This document shows positions 1-8,782 of a stretch of 64,000 nucleotides of DNA, in pieces. Location: assembly GCA_966186435.1 (NCBI GenBank), contig CBIFWW010000001.1, positions 1,463 to 65,462 of the forward strand. Direction: 5' to 3'. A model generated the notes under the pieces. The model was not told the DNA's origin. It saw only the letters and a list, made by a program, of their open reading frames with translations, and did not search any database. The translations under genes were made by a program, and so were the position numbers. Source of the stretch: an uncultured Enterobacteriaceae bacterium (lineage in GTDB: Bacteria > Pseudomonadota > Gammaproteobacteria > Enterobacterales > Enterobacteriaceae). Positions within the stretch are counted from its first letter, which is position 1. Each line of letters opens with the position of its first letter.

Positions 1-417
1 CACTAGCGCCATGCCTTGATCCTTGACGAAGGCTTCTGCCCCGGCACCGATCATCAACACATGGGGGCTACGCTCCAGCACCAGGCGGGCTGCCAGTACC
101 GGGTTGCGCAGCTGGCTAACACCCGCCACTGCGCCGGCATTCAGGCTAAAGCCATCCATAATGCAGGCATCCATTTCGTGGGTGCCTGCGGCGGTAAACA
201 CTGAGCCAATCCCGGCATTAAATAGTGGGCATTCTTCCAGCAGCCGCACAGCCTCGCTGACGGCATCCAGCGCCGAACCACCGTCGGCGAGGATTTGCTG
301 CCCGACTTCAATAATGTTTGAGAGTGCCACAATGTAGTGTTGCTCTTGCTCGTGGCTTAATTGCGCGCGGGTTATCGCCCCGGCGCCGCCGTGAATGGCG
401 ATGGCTGCTTTAGTCAT
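1..417 (-). CDS. iaaA: isoaspartyl peptidase / L-asparaginase, N-terminal part (3' end lies left of the window)
   Basis: The reverse frame from the ATG (CAT at 415-417) translates to MTKAAIAIHGGAGAITRAQLSHEQEQHYIVALSNIIEVG... This matches the IaaA Ntn-hydrolase N-terminus as I recall it. The gene is divergent from moeA, as in E. coli. It is absent from the ORF track because it runs off the window. Confidence 0.85.
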   Translation of the reverse strand, partial: MTKAAIAIHGGAGAITRAQLSHEQEQHYIVALSNIIEVGQQILADGGSALDAVSEAVRLLEECPLFNAGIGSVFTAAGTHEMDACIMDGFSLNAGAVAGVSQLRNPVLAARLVLERSPHVLMIGAGAEAFVKDQGMALV

Positions 418-512
418 AGTCGTTATCCGGCGTTATCATTATGTTGACGCTTTTCATATAAATATCATGAGATTTGCAACATTCTCATATAATTTTTGAA
501 TAACTACCCTAA

Positions 513-630
513 ATAATTCGCGTTGCAGGTAGGCGGCGACGCAGAGAGACCCCAGGAGCTTACTGAAGTAAGTGACTGGGGCGAGCGAGGAAAGCCAACA
601 CCCCTGCGGCGTGAAGTGTGACGGGTATAG
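513..630. repeat. ERIC (enterobacterial repetitive intergenic consensus / IRU) element, full length
   Basis: The core ccccaggagcttactgaagtaagtgactggggcgagcg matches the ERIC2 primer sequence AAGTAAGTGACTGGGGTGAGCG at 21 of 22 positions, and it matches the complement of ERIC1R. The flanks aattcgcgttgcagg ... gccaacacccctgcggcgtgaag are typical ERIC arms. The element is intergenic, between iaaA and moeA. Confidence 0.85.
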
Positions 631-758
631 GTAGCGCGCTAAACATTGTAAAGCCCGGTTTAACCGGTCTGTTATCTTCCCCCGTTAAGTGATTTAGACA
701 ACATATGATTTCTGCCATAATAAGGCATTAATCGTAGTAACCCGCCCTGGAGTAATAG

Positions 759-1991
759 ATGGACTTTAATGCCGGTTTAATGGCGCTGGATGTTGCGCTG
801 GACCAGATGCTTTCCCGTATTTCCCCCCTGACTGAAACTGAAACCGTCCCCCTGCTCCAGGGCTTTGGCCGCATCACCGCCAGGCCGGTTACCTCGCCGC
901 TGGATGTGCCTGGCTTTGATAACTCTGCCATGGACGGTTATGGTCTGCGCCTGGTTGACGCAGCCCGTGGGGTGCCATTACCAGTTGCAGGCAAAGCCTT
1001 TGCCGGGCAGCCTTTCCAAGGTGAGTGGCCTGCGGGCGCCTGCATCCGCATCATGACCGGTGCGCCAGTGCCAGTGGGCTGTGAGGCGGTGGTAATGCAG
1101 GAAGAAGCAGTGGTCAGCGAGGCAGGCGTCAGCTTCCCGGCCACGATTAAACCGGGCCAGAATATCCGCCGCCGTGGCGAGGATATCCGAACCGGTGCGG
1201 TGGTGGTCGATGCCGGGGTTAAACTCACCGTGGGTGAGCTGCCGGTGCTGGCCTCCCTCGGGGTGGCTGAAGTGGACGTGGTACGCCGGGTAAAAGTGGC
1301 GGTGTTCTCCACCGGGGATGAGTTACAGCTCCCGGGCCAGCCACTGGCTGAGGGCCAGATTTACGACACTAACCGCCTGGCGGTTCACCTGATGCTGGAG
1401 CAGTTAGGTTGTGAAGTGGTCAACCTCGGGATCGTGCGGGACTCCCCGGAGGCCCTGCGGGCGGCCTTTGAGCAAGCCAACCAACAGGCTGACGTGGTGT
1501 TAAGCTCCGGCGGCGTTTCCGTGGGTGAAGCCGATTACACCAAACAGATCCTTGATGAGCTGGGCGAGATTGCCTTCTGGAAGCTGGCCATCAAGCCTGG
1601 CAAACCCTTCGCTTTTGGCCGCCTGGCCGATAGCTGGTTCTGCGGCCTGCCGGGTAACCCGGTGTCGGCGGTACTGACTTGCTACCAGCTGGTGCAGCCG
1701 CTGCTGGCTAAACTCAGCGGCCAGCAGGGGCAAGTGCTGCCCCCTCGCCAGCGGGTGCGCGCCGGGGCCGGGTTCAAAAAATCCCCTGGCCGCCTTGATT
1801 TCCAGCGTGGCGTCATGCAAACCGCCGCCGATGGCGTGCTGGAAGTGGTGCCAACCGGTAACCAGGGTTCCCATATCTTTACCTCCTTTAGCCTCGGTAA
1901 TTGCTTTGTGGTGCTGGAGCGCGAACGGGGCAATGTGGCCGCCGGGGAGTGGGTCGAGATCGAGCCGTTTAACCATTTGTTCCGGGGCTGA
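759..1991 (+). CDS. moeA: molybdopterin molybdenumtransferase
   Basis: 410-aa ORF with a MoeA-like sequence throughout (..[16 protein letters not shown].., ..[12 protein letters not shown].., ..GLPGNPVS..). It is followed by moeB with a 1-nt TGATG overlap. Confidence 0.95.
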   Translation: MDFNAGLMALDVALDQMLSRISPLTETETVPLLQGFGRITARPVTSPLDVPGFDNSAMDGYGLRLVDAARGVPLPVAGKAFAGQPFQGEWPAGACIRIMTGAPVPVGCEAVVMQEEAVVSEAGVSFPATIKPGQNIRRRGEDIRTGAVVVDAGVKLTVGELPVLASLGVAEVDVVRRVKVAVFSTGDELQLPGQPLAEGQIYDTNRLAVHLMLEQLGCEVVNLGIVRDSPEALRAAFEQANQQADVVLSSGGVSVGEADYTKQILDELGEIAFWKLAIKPGKPFAFGRLADSWFCGLPGNPVSAVLTCYQLVQPLLAKLSGQQGQVLPPRQRVRAGAGFKKSPGRLDFQRGVMQTAADGVLEVVPTGNQGSHIFTSFSLGNCFVVLERERGNVAAGEWVEIEPFNHLFRG

Positions 1992-2737
1992 TGATGCAAC
2001 TGACCGATGCGGAAATGCTGCGCTATAACCGCCAAATCATCCTGCGGGATTTTGATTTCGACGGCCAGGAGAAGCTTAAAGCGTCTCGGGTGTTGGTAAT
2101 AGGGCTAGGTGGGTTAGGTTGCGCGGCTGCACCTTACCTGGCGGCGGCGGGGGTGGGTAAAATGACCCTGGTGGATTTCGATACCGTGGCGGTATCCAAT
2201 CTCCAGCGCCAGATTCTGCACAGTGATGCTACCATTGGCCATCTGAAGGTGGACAGCGCCCGCCAGGCCCTGGAAGCCATCAATCCTTATGTCCAGCTAG
2301 ATACCTGTAGCCAGATGCTGGAAGACGCTGTCATGGAAGAACTGATTGCCCGCCACGATCTGGTGCTGGATTGCACCGATAACGTGGCGGTGCGCAATCA
2401 GCTCAATGCCGGGTGCTTTGCGGCCAAAGTGCCGCTGGTGTCCGGGGCAGCCATCCGTATGGAGGGGCAAATCAGCGTCTTTACCTATGGGCCGGGGGAG
2501 CCGTGCTACCGCTGTCTGAGCCGGCTGTTTGGTGATAACGCCCTGACCTGCGTTGAGGCCGGGGTTATGGCCCCATTGGTGGGTGTGATTGGGGCCATGC
2601 AAGCGATGGAAGCCATCAAGCTGCTAGCCCAGTATGGCACCAGCCCGGTGGGTAAGCTGGTAATGTACGATGCCCTGGCCTGCCAGTTCCGCGAGATGAA
2701 ACTGCCACGCAACCCCCAGTGTGACGTCTGCGGCTAA
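1991..2737 (+). CDS. moeB: molybdopterin-synthase adenylyltransferase
   Basis: 248-aa ORF with a ThiF/MoeB fold signature (GLGGLGC nucleotide loop) and two CxxC pairs (CYRC, CDVC). It is coupled to moeA. Confidence 0.95.
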   Translation: MMQLTDAEMLRYNRQIILRDFDFDGQEKLKASRVLVIGLGGLGCAAAPYLAAAGVGKMTLVDFDTVAVSNLQRQILHSDATIGHLKVDSARQALEAINPYVQLDTCSQMLEDAVMEELIARHDLVLDCTDNVAVRNQLNAGCFAAKVPLVSGAAIRMEGQISVFTYGPGEPCYRCLSRLFGDNALTCVEAGVMAPLVGVIGAMQAMEAIKLLAQYGTSPVGKLVMYDALACQFREMKLPRNPQCDVCG

Positions 2738-3807
2738 TCGTCATACAGACCTTCAGGCTCCACCCGGGTTGGAGCCTGAGACAACCTGATGCGCCGTACT
2801 GACTCCCGCACCACCAGCGTACCGTTAAGTAACAGTGAACCAATGGCCGCCTGTGGGCGGATCAGCCGCTGCTGAAGTTGCAGCACCGCCTCTTCCCCCA
2901 GTTCTTCCCTTGGCACATGCACCGACGTCAGCGGCACATCCTGGATCGCCGCCAGATTAAAGCCATCAATACTCATCACTGACATATCCTGCGGCACCCG
3001 CACCCCGGCTTTTTGCAACGCGCTTACCGCCCCGGCCGCCATAAAATCCCCCCATGCCAGCAGTGCGCTGGGCAGTTTATCCTTCGGGGTCACCGCCAGA
3101 TAAGCCCCCACCAGCGCCTCACTCTCTTTAGCACTGAAGCTTTGCGCCGCCAGCAAATGCTGGTGTTCGTCAAAGGCCAGATTATGGCTTTGCCAGGCAT
3201 CGCGGATCCCCGCTAACCTCAACTCCAGGGTATAGCGCCGTAAACACAGCAGGTTCAGCACCTGGCGGTGGCCCATATCAAACAGATATTGGGCGGCCAG
3301 CTCACCGATTGTGCGGTGATCTGGCGTCACCACCGGCAGGCGCATTTTACGATCGCGGCAGTTAATCAGGATGCAAGGCTTACCGATATCCACTGCCAGA
3401 TCGTGAATATGGGGATCGTCGATCCCCAGCAAAATAGCGGCCTCGGTATCGGAGTGATTCAGCTTCTCAATAAACAGCCCGGCATGGCTGTCGTTCTCTT
3501 CAAGCGCACAGTAACGCAAATGCACCTCATAGGGGATCAGGGCTTTGGCCACGCTTTGGATCACCCGGTAGTAAAAAATATCAGAGCGCTCTTCAAAGGC
3601 CCGCTGGGGGGCGAATACCACCAAACTGTTTAGCAGTAACCGCCCGGCGGCCATGCCGTCCAACACCCCGGTTTGCCTGGCACAGGCCATTACCCGTTGA
3701 CGTGCCGATTCGCTGGTGTTGGCTTTGCCTGCCAGCACCCGCGAAACGGTACTCATGGAAAGGCCAGTTTGGGCCGCGATTTCAGCGATATTTAACTTTT
3801 TACTCAT
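2734..3807 (-). CDS. LacI-family transcriptional regulator
   Basis: The N-terminal HTH reads MSKKLNIAEIAAQTGLSMSTVSRVLAGK, followed by a periplasmic-binding-protein-like sugar-binding core. I take the start at the internal ATG (CAT at 3805-3807) rather than the ORF-track extension to 3855. The gene is divergent from the MFS-GH31 pair. Confidence 0.85.
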   Translation of the reverse strand: MSKKLNIAEIAAQTGLSMSTVSRVLAGKANTSESARQRVMACARQTGVLDGMAAGRLLLNSLVVFAPQRAFEERSDIFYYRVIQSVAKALIPYEVHLRYCALEENDSHAGLFIEKLNHSDTEAAILLGIDDPHIHDLAVDIGKPCILINCRDRKMRLPVVTPDHRTIGELAAQYLFDMGHRQVLNLLCLRRYTLELRLAGIRDAWQSHNLAFDEHQHLLAAQSFSAKESEALVGAYLAVTPKDKLPSALLAWGDFMAAGAVSALQKAGVRVPQDMSVMSIDGFNLAAIQDVPLTSVHVPREELGEEAVLQLQQRLIRPQAAIGSLLLNGTLVVRESVRRIRLSQAPTRVEPEGLYDD

Positions 3808-4122
3808 TATGTGATCCCTGCACATTTGTGAAATGAAAAAAATTTTCATAAACATCAGCCACGTATCTACTTGTATGGAAGTGATGATGACATGTTAACG
3901 AACGAAATGATGAGAAAACTTGCACAAAATTAACTACTGCCAGCTTATCTCCTGCCTTAGGCTCCACTTGTCGAACAACTTTTAGAAGCATTACGTAATT
4001 AACCCATTATAAACACACTATTTTTTGAACTGAACATACAGGTTCAATATTTATCGCTCAGCTAACGGGATGAGTTGTTATACCAAAATCGACAAATTTT
4101 AACCGATTATGTGGAGAATAAA

Positions 4123-5424
4123 ATGAGTCACGGCATTAATCAGGAGATAACGGCGGTAAAGCCCCGGCGCACGCTTCGTAATCTACGTTGGTGGGTACTG
4201 GTGCTGTTCTTAATGGGTGTCACCGTTAACTACATTACCCGTAATTCTCTTGGCATTCTGGCACCGGAGCTGAAAGACAGCTTGGGCGTCACCACCGAAC
4301 AGTACTCATATATTGTGGGTGCCTTCCAGTTGGCCTATACCCTCTTCCAGCCGCTGTGTGGCTGGCTGATTGACGTTATTGGCCTGAAGCTTGGTTTTAT
4401 GATTTGTGCCGCCATCTGGGCAATCGCCTGCCTGTTCCACGCCGGGGCCGGGAGCTGGGTGCACCTGGCGATCCTGCGTTTTGTGATGGGTGGCGCCGAA
4501 GCCGCTGCAACCCCTGCCAACGCCAAAACCATCGGTGAATGGTTCCCGAAAAGTGAACGCCCAATCGCCGCTGGCTGGGCGGGTGTCGGCTTCTCCGTCG
4601 GTGCCATGTTAGCGCCGCCAATCATCTACTTTGCACACAAGTCCTTTGGCTGGCAGGGTGCCTTTCTGTTTACCGGGGTACTGGCTCTGGCCTGGGTGAT
4701 CCTGTGGTGGCTGTCCTACCACAACCCGGAACAACACCCGAACATGAGCAAAAAAGAGCTGGAATACATCAAACAGGACAACGAACCGCCTGCCGTTAAG
4801 CTGCCGTTCTTTACCGCCCTGAAAACCGTGGGCCGCGACAAGCGTTTCTATGGTATCGCCCTGCCCGCTTTTATGGCTGAACCGGCCTGGGCCGTGATGA
4901 GCTTCTGGGTGCCGCTGTACCTGGCAAAAGAGCACGGCATGGATCTGAAGCAAATCGCCATGTTCGCCTGGCTGCCGTTCCTGTTTGCCGACCTGGGCAG
5001 CGTGGTAAGCGGCTACCTGACAAAGCTCTACACCCGTTGGTTTGGCTGCTCACGCATTAACTCCATCGTGGCCAGTTCTATCACCGGCGCTTTCCTGATG
5101 ATCTCCCTGGCGGTGGTGGCGATCACCCGCGATCCCTACATCACCATCGTGCTGATCTCTATCGGCGGCTTTGGCCACCAGATCATCTCCTGCATGCTGA
5201 GTGCCCTGGTGGTGGAATCCTTCGATAAGGGCAAGATGGCGACGGTCAATGGGATGCGCGGCTCCTTCGCCTGGATCTCCAGCTTTATCTTCTCCCTGAT
5301 TATTGGGGTGACCGCCGACAAAATTGGCTTCAACCCCCTGTTTATTGCCATGGGCTTCTTTGACCTGATTGGCGCTGTTTTCTTAGTTGCATTTATTGCT
5401 GAACGCCGCACTAAGCATGCCTGA
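4123..5424 (+). CDS. MFS transporter, anion:cation symporter (ACS) family, ExuT-like
   Basis: 12-TMS profile with clear similarity to the E. coli hexuronate transporter ExuT as recalled (..YLTRN.., ..EWFPKSERP.., ..FMAEPAW.., ..IAMFAWLPFLFADLG..). The start is set at ATG 4123, which follows GGAG; the ORF-track start 4075 is less likely. Confidence 0.8.
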   Translation: MSHGINQEITAVKPRRTLRNLRWWVLVLFLMGVTVNYITRNSLGILAPELKDSLGVTTEQYSYIVGAFQLAYTLFQPLCGWLIDVIGLKLGFMICAAIWAIACLFHAGAGSWVHLAILRFVMGGAEAAATPANAKTIGEWFPKSERPIAAGWAGVGFSVGAMLAPPIIYFAHKSFGWQGAFLFTGVLALAWVILWWLSYHNPEQHPNMSKKELEYIKQDNEPPAVKLPFFTALKTVGRDKRFYGIALPAFMAEPAWAVMSFWVPLYLAKEHGMDLKQIAMFAWLPFLFADLGSVVSGYLTKLYTRWFGCSRINSIVASSITGAFLMISLAVVAITRDPYITIVLISIGGFGHQIISCMLSALVVESFDKGKMATVNGMRGSFAWISSFIFSLIIGVTADKIGFNPLFIAMGFFDLIGAVFLVAFIAERRTKHA

Positions 5425-5438
5425 TAAGGACTGATGTA

Positions 5439-7802
5439 ATGAAAACCTTAAAGCTTTGGACGTTGTCCAAAACCGATTCTCACCACGTTGAATTAACGGT
5501 AGAAGGCAAGCACACCCTGTGCCTGTATATTCTGGAACAGGATATGTTCCGCGTGGCGATTAAGCGCCAGGGTGCCTTTACCCTTGACCGCACTTGGGGG
5601 ATTGCCCCGGAGAAAGATGTGCCGTGGGAGGGCCGTAGCCGTGACGATTTATCCGGCTTCTCCCTGCCTGCATTTACCGTTGAGGAAACCGAAGGCAGCC
5701 TGACCGTTGCCACCGAAAGCCTGCGTGTAACCGTGCGCCAGCCGCTGGCATTAACCTGGGAATACCGTAATCAGGCCGGCGAGTGGCAGCTTCTGGCCGC
5801 CGACCGCCCAACCAGCGCTTATTTGATGAATGCCCACGGTGATGGCGTGGCACATTACCAACGCCGTTTCCAGGATGACCGTTATTACGGTCTGGGTGAA
5901 AAAGCCGGTGATTTGCAGCGTAATGGTAAGCGTTATGAAATGCGTAACTTGGATGCGATGGGCTATAACGCCGCCTCCACCGATCCGCTGTATAAACATA
6001 TTCCGTTTACCATCACCCGCCGTGATGACGTCTGCTTCGGGATGTATTACGACAACCTCAGCAACACCATGATGGACTTCGGTAACGAGCTGGATAACTA
6101 CCACCTGCCGTACCGCCGTTGGGAAGCCCAGAGCGGGGATATCGATTACTTTATCTTTGCTGGTAACAAGGTTATCGACATCACCAAAGCCTTTGTGCGT
6201 CTGACGGGTAAAACCTTATTTGGCCCGAAATGGAGTCTGGGTTATAGCGGCTCGACCATGCATTACACCGATGCACCGGATGCCCAGAACCAGCTGATGA
6301 ACTTTATTCGCCTGTGTGAAGAGCATGCCATTCCGTGCGACTCATTCCAGCTTTCTTCCGGCTATACCTCGATCAAAGACAAGCGTTATGTCTTCAATTG
6401 GAACAATGAGAAAGTACCTGACCCACAGGGCATGAGCAAAGCATTCCTTGATGCCGGTATACATCTGGCGGCCAACATCAAGCCGTGCCTGTTGCAGGAC
6501 CACCCGCGCTATAACGAAGTTGCCGATCAGGGCCTGTTTATCAAGGATTCTGAATCCGATAACCCAGAGCGCTCGGTATTCTGGGATGACGAAGGCTCCC
6601 ATTTGGACTTTACCAACCCGGCGGCGATCGCCTGGTGGCAGGAAGGTGTGACCAAACAGCTGCTGGAAAAAGGCATTGAGTCCACCTGGAACGACAATAA
6701 CGAATATGAAGTGTGGGACGGCGAAGCCCGCTGTCACGGCTTTGGTCAGCCCATCGCCATCAAACATATCCGCCCAGTGATGCCACTGCTGATGATGCGT
6801 GCCTCCCTGGAAGCCCAACAGTGCTATGCCCCGGAAAAACGTCCCTACTTGATCTCCCGCTCCGGCTGTGCCGGGATGCAGCGTTATGTTCAAACCTGGA
6901 GTGGAGATAACCGCACCGACTGGACGACGCTGCGCTATAACACCCGGATGGGTGTGGGCATGAGTCTTTCCGGCCTGTACAACGTTGGCCACGACGTGGG
7001 CGGTTTCTCTGGTGATAAGCCGGCTGCAGAACTGTTTGTCCGGTGGGTACAGAATGGTATGATGCACCCGCGCTTCACCATCCACTCCTGGAATGATGAC
7101 CGTACCGTTAACGAGCCATGGATGTACCCGGCCGTCACCCCGGCGATCCGCGAAGCCATCGAACTGCGTTACCGTCTGCTGCCATACTTCTACAACCTGC
7201 TGTGGCAGGCCCATGAAGATGACGAGCCGATGCTGCGCCCAACCTTCCTCGACCATGAGCATGATACCCGTACTTTTGAGGAAAATGACGAATTTATGCT
7301 GGGTCGCGATATGCTGGTAGCCAGCGTCGTGGAGCAAGGTCAGCGCCTGCGCCAGGTTTGGCTGCCGCAAAACGACAACGGCTGGTACGACTATCACACC
7401 GGTCAGTGGTTCAGCGGTGGTCAGCACATCACCCTCGACGCCCCGCTGGAGCGCCTGCCGCTGCTGGTGCGTGCCGGTGCTGCGCTGCCATTAAGTGGCC
7501 GTCTGCACCATGTGAAAGCTACCGCCGACAATAGCCGCACGCTGGCGCTGTACCCGGTGAAAGGCACTGGCACCAGCACTGGGGTGGTCTTTGACGATGA
7601 CGGCGAATCCTGGGGTTACCAACAGGGCAATGCGCTGTGGCTGAACTGGGAAATGCGCTGCGATGCCGACGCTATTCATCTAACCATCACCCGTCGTGGT
7701 GATTATCAGCCTGCCTACTGCGCCATCGACTTCACCCTGCCTGCGGGCGAGCAGCGTAAGCTGGTGGTGAATGGACAGGTGGGAAATAGCTGGTCTTTGT
7801 AA
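5439..7802 (+). CDS. glycoside hydrolase family 31 (alpha-glycosidase, specificity unknown)
   Basis: 787-aa ORF with a GH31 nucleophile-type motif (STWNDNNEYE) and an acid/base region (VQTWSGDNRTDW). It lies 14 bp downstream of the MFS gene. Confidence 0.85.
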   Translation: MKTLKLWTLSKTDSHHVELTVEGKHTLCLYILEQDMFRVAIKRQGAFTLDRTWGIAPEKDVPWEGRSRDDLSGFSLPAFTVEETEGSLTVATESLRVTVRQPLALTWEYRNQAGEWQLLAADRPTSAYLMNAHGDGVAHYQRRFQDDRYYGLGEKAGDLQRNGKRYEMRNLDAMGYNAASTDPLYKHIPFTITRRDDVCFGMYYDNLSNTMMDFGNELDNYHLPYRRWEAQSGDIDYFIFAGNKVIDITKAFVRLTGKTLFGPKWSLGYSGSTMHYTDAPDAQNQLMNFIRLCEEHAIPCDSFQLSSGYTSIKDKRYVFNWNNEKVPDPQGMSKAFLDAGIHLAANIKPCLLQDHPRYNEVADQGLFIKDSESDNPERSVFWDDEGSHLDFTNPAAIAWWQEGVTKQLLEKGIESTWNDNNEYEVWDGEARCHGFGQPIAIKHIRPVMPLLMMRASLEAQQCYAPEKRPYLISRSGCAGMQRYVQTWSGDNRTDWTTLRYNTRMGVGMSLSGLYNVGHDVGGFSGDKPAAELFVRWVQNGMMHPRFTIHSWNDDRTVNEPWMYPAVTPAIREAIELRYRLLPYFYNLLWQAHEDDEPMLRPTFLDHEHDTRTFEENDEFMLGRDMLVASVVEQGQRLRQVWLPQNDNGWYDYHTGQWFSGGQHITLDAPLERLPLLVRAGAALPLSGRLHHVKATADNSRTLALYPVKGTGTSTGVVFDDDGESWGYQQGNALWLNWEMRCDADAIHLTITRRGDYQPAYCAIDFTLPAGEQRKLVVNGQVGNSWSL

Positions 7803-7826
7803 ATGCATAACACCACCATGCTATCC

Positions 7827-7859
7827 AATCCGCCGTCATGTTGATGGCGGATTTTTTTT
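7827..7859 (+). terminator. rho-independent terminator after the GH31 gene
   Basis: Stem aatccgcc...ggcggatt followed by a T8 run. Confidence 0.8.
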
Positions 7860-7909
7860 GCCATTTGATAGTCAATCCTATTGAGAGCAGTAAAATCCTT
7901 GCGTTTAAA

Positions 7910-7921
7910 TTGTATATACAA
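7910..7921. promoter_or_regulatory. 12-bp perfect palindrome TTGTATATACAA (copy 1), candidate antitoxin operator
   Basis: The exact palindrome is repeated identically at 7985-7996. Both copies sit in the AT-rich region upstream of the toxin-antitoxin pair. Confidence 0.4.
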
Positions 7922-7984
7922 AAATTAATATAATTATCATTATATTGATTTATAATAATAATTTTTAAATAAATTGTCATTTTG

Positions 7985-7996
7985 TTGTATATACAA
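7985..7996. promoter_or_regulatory. 12-bp perfect palindrome TTGTATATACAA (copy 2), candidate antitoxin operator
   Basis: Identical to copy 1, with centres 75 bp apart. It ends 29 bp upstream of the proposed toxin ATG at 8025. Confidence 0.4.
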
Positions 7997-8024
7997 TAGT
8001 CTACCATTCTTTCAAGCAAAGGAT

Positions 8025-8327
8025 ATGCTGACAACTATGCAAATAGCTAAATCTGTTCTGATAAAAATTCTGCAAAAGCATGGTGTTACTCCTAAGGAAG
8101 TCGCGGAGTGCCTGTTAAATCGGGATGGCCGATACCTCATTGATATCAGAGAAGGCCATCAAACCCAGCCGCCTACCCTATGGTTCATTGCTGAAACCAA
8201 TAAAGGCAGGTTGCTTAAAATCTGCTTTGTCCCCCGGGGAGCGGGGAATGACACTGGTCCAACGCTGAAATCAGCCTTCGAGCCTAATGAAACTGAAATA
8301 AACATCTATCAGAGAAAAGCATACTGA
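8025..8327 (+). CDS. BrnT-like (DUF497-type) type II toxin candidate
   Basis: About 100 aa. The layout KHGVTPKEVAE ... FIAETNKGRLLKICF ... SAFEPNETEINIYQR parallels the BrnT pattern KHG[VI]sFeEA ... G.t..GRLL.VVy ... SAR.A...E...Y as recalled from memory. ATG 8025 follows AAGGA. The gene precedes the RHH antitoxin, which is the BrnTA gene order. Confidence 0.55.
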   Translation: MLTTMQIAKSVLIKILQKHGVTPKEVAECLLNRDGRYLIDIREGHQTQPPTLWFIAETNKGRLLKICFVPRGAGNDTGPTLKSAFEPNETEINIYQRKAY

Positions 8328-8395
8328 ATGGCCTGATAGACCCATTAAGGCTGATTCAATTGCTCAACACTTAATAGAAGATCCCAGAGGAATAT

Positions 8396-8761
8396 ATGAA
8401 AAGTGAATTTGACGATGTTTTTGAAGAACAATGGGATAGCCGTAAGTTGGGTGCATCTTTAGAGCATGCAGAAGCGGTGTCAGATGCATATTCTGCAGAA
8501 GTTGATGCTCTGGTCAGCCTGCAAGCCATCTCCATTCGTTTACCTAAAACATTGATGAAAGATCTGAAAGACATTGCCGCACGCTATGAAATCGGCTATC
8601 AGCCAATGATTAGGGACCTTTTAAACAGGTTCGCTTTGGCGGAGCAAAAAAAGCATCTTAGCGATCGTTTAAGCCAACTCAACGAAACCGAAAACAACTT
8701 GGATAAAACAGGCCCGGTCTCTGAATTTATCTCTGAAATTAAGAAACACTCCCGGGGCTAA
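8396..8761 (+). CDS. BrnA / CopG-type (ribbon-helix-helix) antitoxin candidate
   Basis: 121 aa. The segment W..RKLG ... LQAISIRLPKTLMKDLKDIAARYEIGYQPMIRDLLNRF resembles the COG5304/BrnA antitoxin signature (..IsIRL....l..LK..A...GiGYQtli...L). A GAGGAA RBS precedes the ATG. Confidence 0.65.
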   Translation: MKSEFDDVFEEQWDSRKLGASLEHAEAVSDAYSAEVDALVSLQAISIRLPKTLMKDLKDIAARYEIGYQPMIRDLLNRFALAEQKKHLSDRLSQLNETENNLDKTGPVSEFISEIKKHSRG

Positions 8762-8782
8762 TCGTAACCGGCACTGTGATAC

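Noticed and set aside
3800-3991. 63-aa minus-strand ORF in the LacI/MFS divergent region
   Set aside because: It overlaps the LacI-family start region in the same direction without an RBS. It has His/Phe-rich composition typical of AT-rich non-coding DNA.
6342-7427. 361-aa ORF on the minus strand inside the GH31 gene
   Set aside because: It is entirely antisense to a well-supported 787-aa GH31 CDS. It has a low-complexity, His/Gly/Val-rich composition with no recognisable motif, RBS or promoter context. It looks like a typical shadow ORF of a GC-rich gene.
7910-7996. TTGTATATACAA palindromes as LexA boxes
   Set aside because: They lack the invariant CTG/CAG trinucleotides of the LexA consensus. 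An antitoxin operator is the more economical reading, and they are reported as such.
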